This document shows positions 43,551 to 52,674 of a stretch of 64,000 nt of DNA, piece by piece; positions within the stretch are counted from its first letter, which is position 1, and every line of letters begins with the position of its first letter. The notes beneath the pieces are model-generated. The model was not told where the DNA came from. It did not search any database and worked only from the letters and a program-made list of their open reading frames with translations. Source of the DNA: an uncultured Verrucomicrobiota bacterium (GTDB taxonomy: Bacteria > Verrucomicrobiota > Kiritimatiellia > CAIKKV01 > CAYSLU01); NCBI GenBank assembly GCA_964431965.1, contig CAYSLU010000004.1, positions 3,824 through 67,823 of the forward strand, given 5' to 3'. Made by a program: the position numbers and the translations under genes.

Positions 43551-46127
43551 CTACGGCCCCGACGCCGACGGGCCGATGTAGGGCTTCAGGCGATAGGTCA
43601 GCGCCACGGACGCCACGTTGGTCGGCGCGTCCACAAGGCGCACCAGCACGGTGCTGTTGCTGCCCCGCATGACCGGCATCGGCTGCTCGAACTCCACACG
43701 GCATCCGTAGCCGACGCGGTCGATCTCGACCGCGGAGGCGCGGACCGGGGCCGCTCCGAGCGGGCCGATCACGCGGCCGGCTTCGTTCAGCGCGAAGACG
43801 CGGGTCGCCGGCTTCGGCTTCCGACTCTTCCGCTCCTTCTCGGTCGCATCCGCGAACGGAATCATCTCATAGGCTTCGCGCACCCGGCCCCGCAGCTGGC
43901 TCCAGCCGCCGTAGAGGCTGAACAGCCCATCGGCTGCCGACGGCTCGAGCCGCACGCCGCAGACGATCGAATCCTCCCGGAACTCATAGCGGCGATAGAC
44001 CTGCACCGAGGACTGGCGGACCTCGCCCGAGCTGGTCACCACGTTGGTCGCGAGCCGCGCGTCTACGTGCTCGCTGTTGGCCGACACGAGCGGCTGGCCG
44101 TCTTCGGTCGTGCCGACGACCGAGTGAATGTGAAATCCGCGCCACTGGGACGGATGCATCCCGCCGCCGTAGGCGCCGTTGAGGGTGGCGGCGATGACCT
44201 GTCCCTTGGCGGGGACGTGAACCTGGCAGAGCATGCCGCCGCCGTAGCCGACCTGGCCGTGGAAGCCCTCTCCCACCCACGTGGGCGACAGGCGGCCGTG
44301 GTACGTGACCGCGTAGTACGTCGGCCGCCGCGCCGCAAAAAACTCGTTGGCGCCGTTGACGGAGGCCGTCAGGTTCGACCCGCCGATGCCCTTCCACGCA
44401 TAGGCCCCCGGCTGCCACATGTCGTACGTGCCGCCGGCCACTCCGCCCGCCGTGCGCGAACTCCACGGGGCCGCATCGAGCCCGTCGGCATAGACATAGC
44501 TGTAGAAACTGAGCACGCCGGCGTAGGCATCCGCGAACCGGCGATCGCCCAGGTCGGCGAGGACCGCCTGCCAGCCGCGCAGCACGTAGCTGCCGTAGTT
44601 CTCGTCGTACCCGAAACTCTCCTGGATGCCCCCGGACGGACCGATGCCCGCGCGATCGCCGAAGCCGCCGTCCGCGAACCGGTCCCAGTAGGCGTCGAAC
44701 AGTTCCTTCTGGAGCGGGTCGCCGCTGGCCTCCGCGCAGTAGCGGAGCGCCTGCACGAGGCTCGCGAGGGCGTTCCCGTTCACCAGCTCGCCGGTCCGGC
44801 AGAATGCCAGCCGGTCGCCGACCTGGATGATGAACTCGCGGATCGCCGCCTTCGCCGGCTCCGGCGCGTCCGACTGCTGGAGGATCCGCCACGCCGGCCG
44901 GTGGTAGAAGAAGCTGTAACACCCCATCTCGTACGCCAGGTTCTTCATCGGCCCGTGGGCGATCACGTCGCCGGGCCCCATGGCGTTCAGGCCGTTCGCC
45001 ATATCGCGCAGCGCGGCGCGCAGGGCCAGCGGGCTCCGGTTGGCCGGATAGCTGTGCATGATGCGGTCGGCCGAGTGGCGCGCGGGAGTCTGGTGCGAGC
45101 CCGGCGAGACGTAGTTCGTTCGCGCGGGCAGGTCGGCCGGCAGCTCGGCCGGATCCGCAGGCAGGGCGCGCAGCCAGTCGTGGAAGCGTACCTGGTAGGG
45201 ATGCCAGAACGTTCGTCCGTCGTGGTAGATGGCCCCCCCCTGCAGGGCGCGCGCCGTCTGCGCGTCCGGCGCGAACACGGCGTTGACCGTGTTGTTGGGC
45301 CGCTTGGCCGGCGGATCGCTGAACATGCCGAAGCAGGCGGCCGCGAGGAAGTCGCCCGGGCCGGGCGAAACGTCGAGCGTCAGCACCTGGTCGTCGTACT
45401 GGCCCGGGGCGGCGAAGTAGCCCAGCTTCTGGAGCGCGCCGTCGTACTTCAGCTCGATGGGCTGCCCCTGCGGATCGCGCAGCACGAACGAGCGGGACGC
45501 CGGCCAGTCCATTTCCAGAAACAGGATCCACACCTTCGTCGCGCCGCGCGGCACGTACAGGTAGCTACGGCGGTACTGGTCCCCGCGCCCGTGCAGCCAG
45601 TAGCCGGTGCTGGCCAGGCCATACGGCCGCACGGGGTCCAGGCGCAGGGTCACGAAATGATCGGGAACGCCCGTCACGAGCACGCGGTATGCGCCGGCCG
45701 GGCCCGCGGGCACGGGATAGCGCAGCAGGCGCTTCGGCACAGCCGCCAGGCGCGCCGGATCGGAGAGCAGGCTCCAGCGCACCGCCGGCTCCAGCCCGCG
45801 CGAGTAGCACGTGGCGTAGTACCACGCCTCATGGTCCCAGCCCGCCGAAGCCGGCTGGTAGCCGCCGCCGGGGATCCCGTCGTCCGGAACCACCTCGCGC
45901 ACCAGCAGCCTGCCGTCGGGCGCGTAGATCTTCACCAGAAGCTCCGCCGGACCGCGGGCCACATGGTTGATGTCCTGAATGTCGAGGCTGACCGTGAAAC
46001 CGGCGCCGGAGGGATTAGGCACAAAGGCTTCGAAGCCGTCGTATAGACGGCGCGCGGGCTCGTCCGCCCCCGCGGCCGTCACGGCCAGCCCGGCCATGGC
46101 CACCGCCAGGCACGTCAAGCGCCTCAC
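43551..46127 (-). CDS. Large secreted protein of unknown function (paralog B; family of 16651..19374)
   Basis: 858 aa. Signal peptide MRRLTCLAVAMAGLAVTAAGA (GTG start overlapping the GntR stop, GTGA). Conserved blocks shared with paralog A (GWDHEAWYY, SYLYVPRGAT, NGANEFFAARR, MHPSQWRGFHIHS, TSSGEVRQSS). Confidence 0.7.
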   Translation of the reverse strand: MRRLTCLAVAMAGLAVTAAGADEPARRLYDGFEAFVPNPSGAGFTVSLDIQDINHVARGPAELLVKIYAPDGRLLVREVVPDDGIPGGGYQPASAGWDHEAWYYATCYSRGLEPAVRWSLLSDPARLAAVPKRLLRYPVPAGPAGAYRVLVTGVPDHFVTLRLDPVRPYGLASTGYWLHGRGDQYRRSYLYVPRGATKVWILFLEMDWPASRSFVLRDPQGQPIELKYDGALQKLGYFAAPGQYDDQVLTLDVSPGPGDFLAAACFGMFSDPPAKRPNNTVNAVFAPDAQTARALQGGAIYHDGRTFWHPYQVRFHDWLRALPADPAELPADLPARTNYVSPGSHQTPARHSADRIMHSYPANRSPLALRAALRDMANGLNAMGPGDVIAHGPMKNLAYEMGCYSFFYHRPAWRILQQSDAPEPAKAAIREFIIQVGDRLAFCRTGELVNGNALASLVQALRYCAEASGDPLQKELFDAYWDRFADGGFGDRAGIGPSGGIQESFGYDENYGSYVLRGWQAVLADLGDRRFADAYAGVLSFYSYVYADGLDAAPWSSRTAGGVAGGTYDMWQPGAYAWKGIGGSNLTASVNGANEFFAARRPTYYAVTYHGRLSPTWVGEGFHGQVGYGGGMLCQVHVPAKGQVIAATLNGAYGGGMHPSQWRGFHIHSVVGTTEDGQPLVSANSEHVDARLATNVVTSSGEVRQSSVQVYRRYEFREDSIVCGVRLEPSAADGLFSLYGGWSQLRGRVREAYEMIPFADATEKERKSRKPKPATRVFALNEAGRVIGPLGAAPVRASAVEIDRVGYGCRVEFEQPMPVMRGSNSTVLVRLVDAPTNVASVALTYRLKPYIGPSASGP

Positions 46128-47221
46128 GTCTTGGCGTCCTCGAGCACGCTATGCGCCAGCTCCGGCGGAAGCAGGAGCGTCTCCGGAGGGAGGTCCGGCG
46201 CCACGATCAGCCGCAGCAGCAGATCGCCGGCCGCGACGACCATGGCCTCGAGGTAGGCCTCCAGCCGGACGATCGGAACGGGGAAGAACACGTTCAGCCC
46301 CCGATTGGTCAGCGCGACGACCATCACCCGCCCCGGAACGTCCACCCCGCATGCGAGCGCCGCCTGCGCGATCCCCTTCGCGACGCTGTCCTCGGACACG
46401 ATCACGGCATCCACGTCCGACTCGCGGCGCCAGAACTCGCTCATGACGCGGTAGCCCCACTCCTCATGCCCGATGTCGGGCGGCACGTCGGGCGAAGGCT
46501 CGAGGAATGAAACGCCCTCCCCGCCGAATCGTCGGCGCAAATCGTTCGGATCCAGCGCCCGGCCGTGCACGACGAACATGGGTCGGCGGCGGCCGCCAGC
46601 GCGGGCCTGCGCCAGCGCGCGCTCGAAGAACGCGTTGAGATCCACATACACCCGATACGGCGCCGCGACGCTGCCGATCTCCACATGCGGCACGCGATAC
46701 CGAGCCCAGTGGCTGGTCTTCATGTGCCGGTAGGCAAAGCTGCTCTGGACGGTCAGCAGCCCCTTGAGCTTGCCGGCCTCCAGATCTTCCACGAGCGCGG
46801 CGGGCAGGCGCGTGGCCGAGAGCGGGTCCTCCGAGTAGACCCGCGCTTCCATCCCGCACCGCTGGAAATAGGCGGACCCGCAGTCGACCGCCGCGTGGGT
46901 GAGCGGCGACCGCTCGTGCGCCGTAACCATTCCCCCCGCAAGGATGGCCACGCGATCCCGGATATGCGTCGCCCGGACGAACGTGCCGCGGCCGCGCATG
47001 CACTCCAGATACCCCCGCTCGGTCAGGTGCTGCACCGCGCGGTGAAGCGTCACGCGGCTGTGCGGATAGAGATCCTCCAGCGAGCGTACCGCGGGAATCT
47101 GATCGCCTTGCTTCCACTCGCCGCGGTGAATCCGGACGAGCATATCGTCGGCGACAAGCTGATACGCATGCCTCGGCTCGCCGGACGATTGCGAGATTGT
47201 CATAGGACACTCTAAACACAA
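46124..47221 (-). CDS. GntR-family transcriptional regulator with C-terminal periplasmic-binding-protein-like (LacI-type) sugar-binding domain
   Basis: N-terminal wHTH YQLVADDMLVRIHRGEWKQGDQIPAVRSLEDLYPHSRVTLHRAVQHLTERGYLECMRGRGTFV. The start may be the ATG at about 47203 (MTISQSS). Confidence 0.75.
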   Translation of the reverse strand: MCLECPMTISQSSGEPRHAYQLVADDMLVRIHRGEWKQGDQIPAVRSLEDLYPHSRVTLHRAVQHLTERGYLECMRGRGTFVRATHIRDRVAILAGGMVTAHERSPLTHAAVDCGSAYFQRCGMEARVYSEDPLSATRLPAALVEDLEAGKLKGLLTVQSSFAYRHMKTSHWARYRVPHVEIGSVAAPYRVYVDLNAFFERALAQARAGGRRRPMFVVHGRALDPNDLRRRFGGEGVSFLEPSPDVPPDIGHEEWGYRVMSEFWRRESDVDAVIVSEDSVAKGIAQAALACGVDVPGRVMVVALTNRGLNVFFPVPIVRLEAYLEAMVVAAGDLLLRLIVAPDLPPETLLLPPELAHSVLEDAKT

Positions 47222-47281
47222 CCGGTATATGGGTTCAAGCTATCAGGCTTCACCCGCTATGACTGCTTGCACCCGGAATGA

Positions 47282-50200
47282 TCACCGGACCAACAGAAGC
47301 GCACCGCGCCGAGCGGGGGCGGTGACGAAGACGACGGTTCCTGTCTGCCCGGACTCGTAGCCCGTGCCCGGTGTCGCCGATGCGGTCCCCGCGAAGCCAG
47401 CGCAGGTGTTGGTGACGGTTGTCCCGTCGAGCGTCACGGCCGGGGCATCGGGATTGCCCAGCAGGATGTCGCGTTGAGCCGGCATAAACCCGCACCACAC
47501 GGCCATGCGGCCGCCGCCGCCGCCGCCGCCATGGGCCGGATCGCCGCCGCTGCCGCCCGCTGCGGTAAGCGACGAACCGGGCGCACCTGCGAAATCGCGC
47601 GTGACCAGGAAGATCGCCCCCCCGGAACCGCCGCCCCCCAGGCCCATTCCGTTGGCACCCGAAGCCGTGAGCGTCCCCCGCATATCCACGCTGTCTGCAT
47701 ACAGCCAGATCACCCCGCCACCGTAGCCTCCGAGGGCCGTCCCGCCCGTCGAACCACCGCCGCTGCCCGCCGTCGCAGGCGCGTTCGTCGATCCATAGGT
47801 GCCGCCACCAGCACTTCCGCTGGTGCTGCCGCTTCCGCCCCGGCCGCCGTAGCCACCGCCGCCGCCGCGGCTGCCGGTGCCGGTCTGCCCCCGACCCGGC
47901 CCCCGAAGCGTCGCGAATCCGCGACCCCGCGCGCTGATGCCCCCTCCGGCATCGATGCGCACGCGACCCGCCCGCATCTCGACCGGCCCGCCGCTCGCGC
48001 TGTCGGCGTGGACGTACAGCCACGAGCCGCTCGAGACCGCCACCGCCCGCGTAACCTCGACGAGCGCCCCGTACTCGCGCAGCCCCCCGTTCGTCGCCGC
48101 CGCGAACACGGCCAGCGCGCCGCCATCAGTCAGCACGACGTCGCCGCACGAGAGCGACCGCACCCCCAGGCGCCCGCCCGGCCCGATCGTCAGCGCGTTG
48201 GTCACGGTCAGGGCAAAGCCGCCCTCGGCGAAAGTCACCGAGCAGTTCGATACGCTCAAGCGCCCGACGGCCCACGATGTCACCCCGGACACGTACAGGT
48301 TCACGTCGCCGAACAGCCCGCCGGACAGCGTCTCCGACAGCAGAGCCGCATCGGTCAGGTAGACCGTTCCGCCTACGGCGGCCAGCGCCCATCCAACGGC
48401 CTCGACTCCCGTGTTTTCGGCATAGCCGACGCCGGCCGCCGTCTGAAGCCGCACCCGGGGCGTGTCCGCCAGCGCCCCGTGGATGGCGATCCGGCCGCCG
48501 CCGCCCGCGCCGCCGTGCGTCGAGTAGCCGGCGCCGCCGCTGGCGCGGACCACGCCCGCCGTCGATCCGCCGAACGTCGAGCATGACACGAAGATGGATC
48601 CGCCCGCGCCGCCGCCCGCGTTTCCGCTCGCACCGCCGCTCGCGCCATTCGCCGAGATTGTCCCGTAGACCGTGACCGCTCCGGCCGCCTCGATCCGCAC
48701 GACGCCGCCGCCCGCGCCGCCGCCCGCCTGTCCGCCGCCGCTGCCGGGCCCCTCAGGCGCCGTCGCGTATCCGTTGGTCACCCCTCCCGCCGCGTCAGGC
48801 GTGCTCCCGTACCCGCCGCGCCCGCCGTGCCCGCCGCCGCCGCCGCGCGTTCCGTCCGCGCCCCGCCCCGGGCCGTTCCGCCCGGCATAGCCGCTGCCGT
48901 CGGCCTGGATCACGCCGCCGGTCTGGACCAGCAGGCTGGCGCACCAGAGGCTGATGCGGTTCGACGTGCCGCCCGCCGCGAACGGACCCGCCAGGCGGAT
49001 CTGTCCGCCGCCCCGCACCGTCGCGCCATTGGAGACGGCGAGACGCGTATCCCAGTTCGTGAAGACGAGTGTGGCCCCATTGCTCACCACGAGGTCAAAC
49101 GCGCCGCGGCTGCTGCTCAGCCATACGGTTCCGGTGGCGATGGTGACGCTGTCGTTCGGGCCCGGCATGCCGGATGGCGACCAGTTGGTGGCGCTTTCCC
49201 ACGCGCCGACGCCGGACCAGCTCTTCGACTCGCCGGCCGGGGTCGTGAACGACGCCTGGAAGGTCCGCGCCCGATCCATCGTCACGGTCAGCGGGTTGTC
49301 CGTCTCGTGCCCCGGCGGGACTCCGGCACCGACCCACATGGTGAAGACGTAGCCGACCGAGGCGGATGCCGCGATGCCCGGCACTTCCCAGCCGTTCGTA
49401 TACCAGCCGCTCACCGCTCCGTCGTTCACGCTCCCATTCGGGCCCGCCGACACGAGGAGCTGCCACTCGTTTGTCCACCGCCACGTCAGCACCAGGTTCG
49501 TAGTCATCTCGAACTCTGCCTGCGCGCCGTCGCCGGCGACCACCGGGGTGCCGTCGATCGCCGCCAGCCGCCAGCCGATGCAGGCGCGGCGCAGCCCGTT
49601 CGTCTCGTCAGCCGGGCTCGTCACGCCGTTGGTGATCCACGTGCCGGACGGAATGCTGATCACGGTCCCGTAGCCGGCCGGGCCGGGACTGTCGAACAGC
49701 CCCGGCTCGCCGGCCACGGTCAGCGCGTAGCCCGCGCCCGCCGTCAGGAAGTGCGCGGTGCCGGGCAGACCGTTGCTGTAGCCGGTGCCGTACGTGGCGG
49801 AGAGGGTGCCTGCGAATCCGGCGTGCGCCGGATAGACAACCTGACCCGGAACCGCCGCCCATGATGCCAGGAGGTCGCGGTCGGCACCCGAGAGCCCGAT
49901 CGCCACGCTGATCCGACCGCCCCCGCCGCCGCCCGCCTGACTGACTCCGTTGCCGCCCTTCGCCTGGACCAACCCGGACGCTCCGCCAGACAGGGAGTCG
50001 CACAGAATCAGGATACCGCCGCCCGATCCCCCGCCGCCGATGCTGGTGAACCCGTTCCCGCCGTTGGCCCTGATCGTACCGTCCAGCGCCAGAGGGCCCG
50101 GAGTCTCGAGCCGCACGAGTCCGCCGCCGTAGCCGCCGTTGTTGAGGTAGCACCCGCCGCTGCCGGGATCGACCGGAGCATTCGACGAGCCGTAGGTGTT

Positions 50201-52624
50201 GCCGCCGACATGGACCGTATCGCTGTCGCCGCCACGCCCGCCGTAGCCCGCCCCCCGACCCCGGCTCGCCGTGCCTCCGTTGCCCGGGCCGTACGCCGCC
50301 CGGTATCCGCCCTCGTCCGCGCTCACCCCGCCGCCAGCCGCCACCCGGATGGCCGCCGCCCGCAGCAGGGGCGCCCCGCCGTCCGTGTCATGCGCGTGGA
50401 GCGTGACCCACGAGGATGTCCCGATGGCCAGTTCGTTCGTCGCTTGGACGAGCGCGCCGTACGCGCGGCCCGCCCCGCCCGTCGCATCGGCGTAGACCGC
50501 CAGCACGCCCCCGTTCGTCAGGCGGATCGACCCGCCGCACGCCAGATTCACGGTCCCCAGCTCGGCCCCGGCGCCGAGTACGACATCGTTCGAGACCGTG
50601 AGCTCGAAGCCCGGCGGCGCCAGGCGGACCGAGCAGTTGCTCACGGTCAGGCGGCCGACCGACCACGCGGTCATGCCCGATACCCAGAGGTTCACATCGG
50701 TGAACAGCCCGCCCGAAAGCGTCTCGCCGAGCGGCGCCGCATCAGGCAGGTAGACCGACCCGTCGGTCGCACGGTAGCGGGCCGGGGCCGCGTAGCCCGA
50801 ACCCGGGCTGGTCCCCATCCGGATCCCGGGCCACGGGGTGGCGTTCGCATAGTGGAGGGCGATGCGCCCGCCGCCGCCACCGCCGGCCGTGTTGCCGCTC
50901 CCGGACCCGCCGTTGGCCCGGATCAGGCCGCTCGTTCCCCCACCGAGCGCGGCGCAACGGATGAACACGCCGCCGCCCGACCCGCCGCCGCCGTAACCGA
51001 AGCCGAAGCTGCCGCCGTTCGCCGAGATCGTGCCGAACACGTTCACGCTGCCGGCCGCCTCGATGCGGATCAGCCCGCCGCCGTATCCACCGCCGCCCGT
51101 GAGGCACCCGCCGCTCCCGGCAGACAGCGGCTCCGACACCGCGCCGTACGAGCTGCCGCCAGACGCCGCGTACTGTCCGCGTCCGCCGGCCCCGCCATAG
51201 CCGCCGCCCGCGCACCGCTCGCCGGTGTCGCCCGCGCCGGGCCCGCGTGCCGTCTCGAACCCGCCGGCATCCGCGGTGATGGCACCGCCCGATGCCACAT
51301 GCACGCTGTCAGCGCGCAGCAACGGCGCTCCCCCGGTCATCTTGTCGGCAAAGAGGTATAGCGTCGATGCGGGGCCGATCAACACGCCGTTCGTCACCGC
51401 AATCAGGGCCCCGTAGTCGGGCTCCACGCCGTTCGTCGCAGCCGATACGATCTCGAGCACGCCCCCGTTCGTGATCGTCACGCGGTCGCAGAACAAGTTG
51501 TCCGTGCCCACGCGGGCGTTCGTCGCCACGACCAGAGCGTTGGAGACGATCAGCGTGAACCCGGGCTGCGCCAGCCGGAAGCTGCAGTTGCTGACGGTGA
51601 GGCTGTCGATCACGCAGGTCGCCACGCCCTCAATCGTCAGGTTCACATCGCGGAAGCGGTTGGCGTCCATCACGGGGGCAATCGCGGACAGGTCGGCGAG
51701 ATGCAGCGTTCCGGCCTCAGCCCGGAACGGAAACGCCGCATTGTAGCCGCTGCCCGGCGACGTCCAGAGCCGCACGCCCGGCCACGGCGTCGCGTGCGAG
51801 TACAGAATGGCCAGCCGGCCGCCGCCCCCCCCGCCGCCGGGCGAGGTGCCGGCGCCGCCGCTCGCGCTGACCAGGCCGCCGGTCCCGCCGGCGAACGTGT
51901 CGCAGATGATCAGGACCGATCCGCCCGACCCGCCGCCGCCATAGTTCACGGTGCTGGAGGATCCATCGGCGGTTATGGTGCCGCGGATATCGATCGTGCC
52001 CGAAGCGTCGATCCGGACGGCTCCGCCGCCCGATCCGCCCTTGCTCGAGCTGCACCCGCCGCTGCCCGGCGCCACCGGCGCTCCCGCGGAGTCGTACGTC
52101 CCCCCGCCCGTCGCGTCGGTGTCGCCCACCCCACCCCGACCGCCGTGCCCGCCGCCGCGGCCGCGATCCGCCGCGCCCGCTCCCGGGCCGAACGTGGCGA
52201 GGTACCCGAGCCCGCGGGCGTCGATCCGCCCGCCCGGCTCGACCGTGAGGTTGGAGCAGGCGACGTGAATCCGGTTTGAGGCCGATGCGAACGGCGCCGG
52301 CATCGTGAGGCGTCCGCTATTCCGGACGAGCACGCTCACGGCATTGAGCGTCGTGTCCCAGTTCGTGAAGACCAGCGTCGCGTTCGTGATTGCGAACACG
52401 TCGAGCAGCGGCGTGTCGTTGCTGATGACGATCCACACGCCGTTCGACAGCGCCACGCTGTCGCCATCGGCCGGTCGAACGCCGCCGTCCCAGTTCGCCG
52501 CCTGGAACCAGTCGCCCGTCGCCGCGCCGACCCAGGTGCGCTCAGCGGCGCACGCTCCCCCGGCCGCCGCCAGCGCCGCCAGAAGCGCTCCGATCCATCC
52601 GCGGAACTGCATGCGTCTGCTCAT
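47282..52624 (-). CDS. Giant secreted glycine-rich tandem-repeat protein (putative beta-helix adhesin/surface protein), 1781 aa
   Basis: The track ORF is 47282..54274. Start trimmed to the ATG at 52624 (MSRRMQFRGWIGALLAALAAAGGACAAE, a signal peptide, with GAGGAAG 7 nt upstream). Two TNWD-containing N-terminal-type domains. Five roughly 280-aa modules carry GGGGSGG(S/G)(V/I)xI...GGGGGGR(I/L)A(I/V) motifs. The upstream 550 codons of the track ORF are a shadow of the neighbouring GH172 gene. Confidence 0.7.
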   Translation of the reverse strand: MSRRMQFRGWIGALLAALAAAGGACAAERTWVGAATGDWFQAANWDGGVRPADGDSVALSNGVWIVISNDTPLLDVFAITNATLVFTNWDTTLNAVSVLVRNSGRLTMPAPFASASNRIHVACSNLTVEPGGRIDARGLGYLATFGPGAGAADRGRGGGHGGRGGVGDTDATGGGTYDSAGAPVAPGSGGCSSSKGGSGGGAVRIDASGTIDIRGTITADGSSSTVNYGGGGSGGSVLIICDTFAGGTGGLVSASGGAGTSPGGGGGGGRLAILYSHATPWPGVRLWTSPGSGYNAAFPFRAEAGTLHLADLSAIAPVMDANRFRDVNLTIEGVATCVIDSLTVSNCSFRLAQPGFTLIVSNALVVATNARVGTDNLFCDRVTITNGGVLEIVSAATNGVEPDYGALIAVTNGVLIGPASTLYLFADKMTGGAPLLRADSVHVASGGAITADAGGFETARGPGAGDTGERCAGGGYGGAGGRGQYAASGGSSYGAVSEPLSAGSGGCLTGGGGYGGGLIRIEAAGSVNVFGTISANGGSFGFGYGGGGSGGGVFIRCAALGGGTSGLIRANGGSGSGNTAGGGGGGRIALHYANATPWPGIRMGTSPGSGYAAPARYRATDGSVYLPDAAPLGETLSGGLFTDVNLWVSGMTAWSVGRLTVSNCSVRLAPPGFELTVSNDVVLGAGAELGTVNLACGGSIRLTNGGVLAVYADATGGAGRAYGALVQATNELAIGTSSWVTLHAHDTDGGAPLLRAAAIRVAAGGGVSADEGGYRAAYGPGNGGTASRGRGAGYGGRGGDSDTVHVGGNTYGSSNAPVDPGSGGCYLNNGGYGGGLVRLETPGPLALDGTIRANGGNGFTSIGGGGSGGGILILCDSLSGGASGLVQAKGGNGVSQAGGGGGGRISVAIGLSGADRDLLASWAAVPGQVVYPAHAGFAGTLSATYGTGYSNGLPGTAHFLTAGAGYALTVAGEPGLFDSPGPAGYGTVISIPSGTWITNGVTSPADETNGLRRACIGWRLAAIDGTPVVAGDGAQAEFEMTTNLVLTWRWTNEWQLLVSAGPNGSVNDGAVSGWYTNGWEVPGIAASASVGYVFTMWVGAGVPPGHETDNPLTVTMDRARTFQASFTTPAGESKSWSGVGAWESATNWSPSGMPGPNDSVTIATGTVWLSSSRGAFDLVVSNGATLVFTNWDTRLAVSNGATVRGGGQIRLAGPFAAGGTSNRISLWCASLLVQTGGVIQADGSGYAGRNGPGRGADGTRGGGGGHGGRGGYGSTPDAAGGVTNGYATAPEGPGSGGGQAGGGAGGGVVRIEAAGAVTVYGTISANGASGGASGNAGGGAGGSIFVSCSTFGGSTAGVVRASGGAGYSTHGGAGGGGRIAIHGALADTPRVRLQTAAGVGYAENTGVEAVGWALAAVGGTVYLTDAALLSETLSGGLFGDVNLYVSGVTSWAVGRLSVSNCSVTFAEGGFALTVTNALTIGPGGRLGVRSLSCGDVVLTDGGALAVFAAATNGGLREYGALVEVTRAVAVSSGSWLYVHADSASGGPVEMRAGRVRIDAGGGISARGRGFATLRGPGRGQTGTGSRGGGGGYGGRGGSGSTSGSAGGGTYGSTNAPATAGSGGGSTGGTALGGYGGGVIWLYADSVDMRGTLTASGANGMGLGGGGSGGAIFLVTRDFAGAPGSSLTAAGGSGGDPAHGGGGGGGRMAVWCGFMPAQRDILLGNPDAPAVTLDGTTVTNTCAGFAGTASATPGTGYESGQTGTVVFVTAPARRGALLLVR
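47600..52100 (-). repeat. Intragenic tandem repeat modules (about 840 nt units, at least 5 copies) within the giant Gly-rich protein gene
   Basis: Recurring peptide blocks (PGSGGC..GGGGGxxIRIEAxG..GTIxAxG...GGGGSGG..., GGGGGGRIAI.Y). Boundaries are approximate. Confidence 0.6.
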
Positions 52625-52674
52625 CGGCTGCTTCCTCGAATCGCCCGCCGCCGGCCCCGGCCGCGGGACGTGCC

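Noticed and set aside
40475-46046. 768-aa and 877-aa plus-strand ORFs (40475..42781, 43413..46046) and 515-aa/549-aa alternative-frame minus ORFs
   Set aside because: Shadow or alternative-frame ORFs over real minus-strand genes. They have Arg/Ala/Gly/Pro bias and no conserved motifs.
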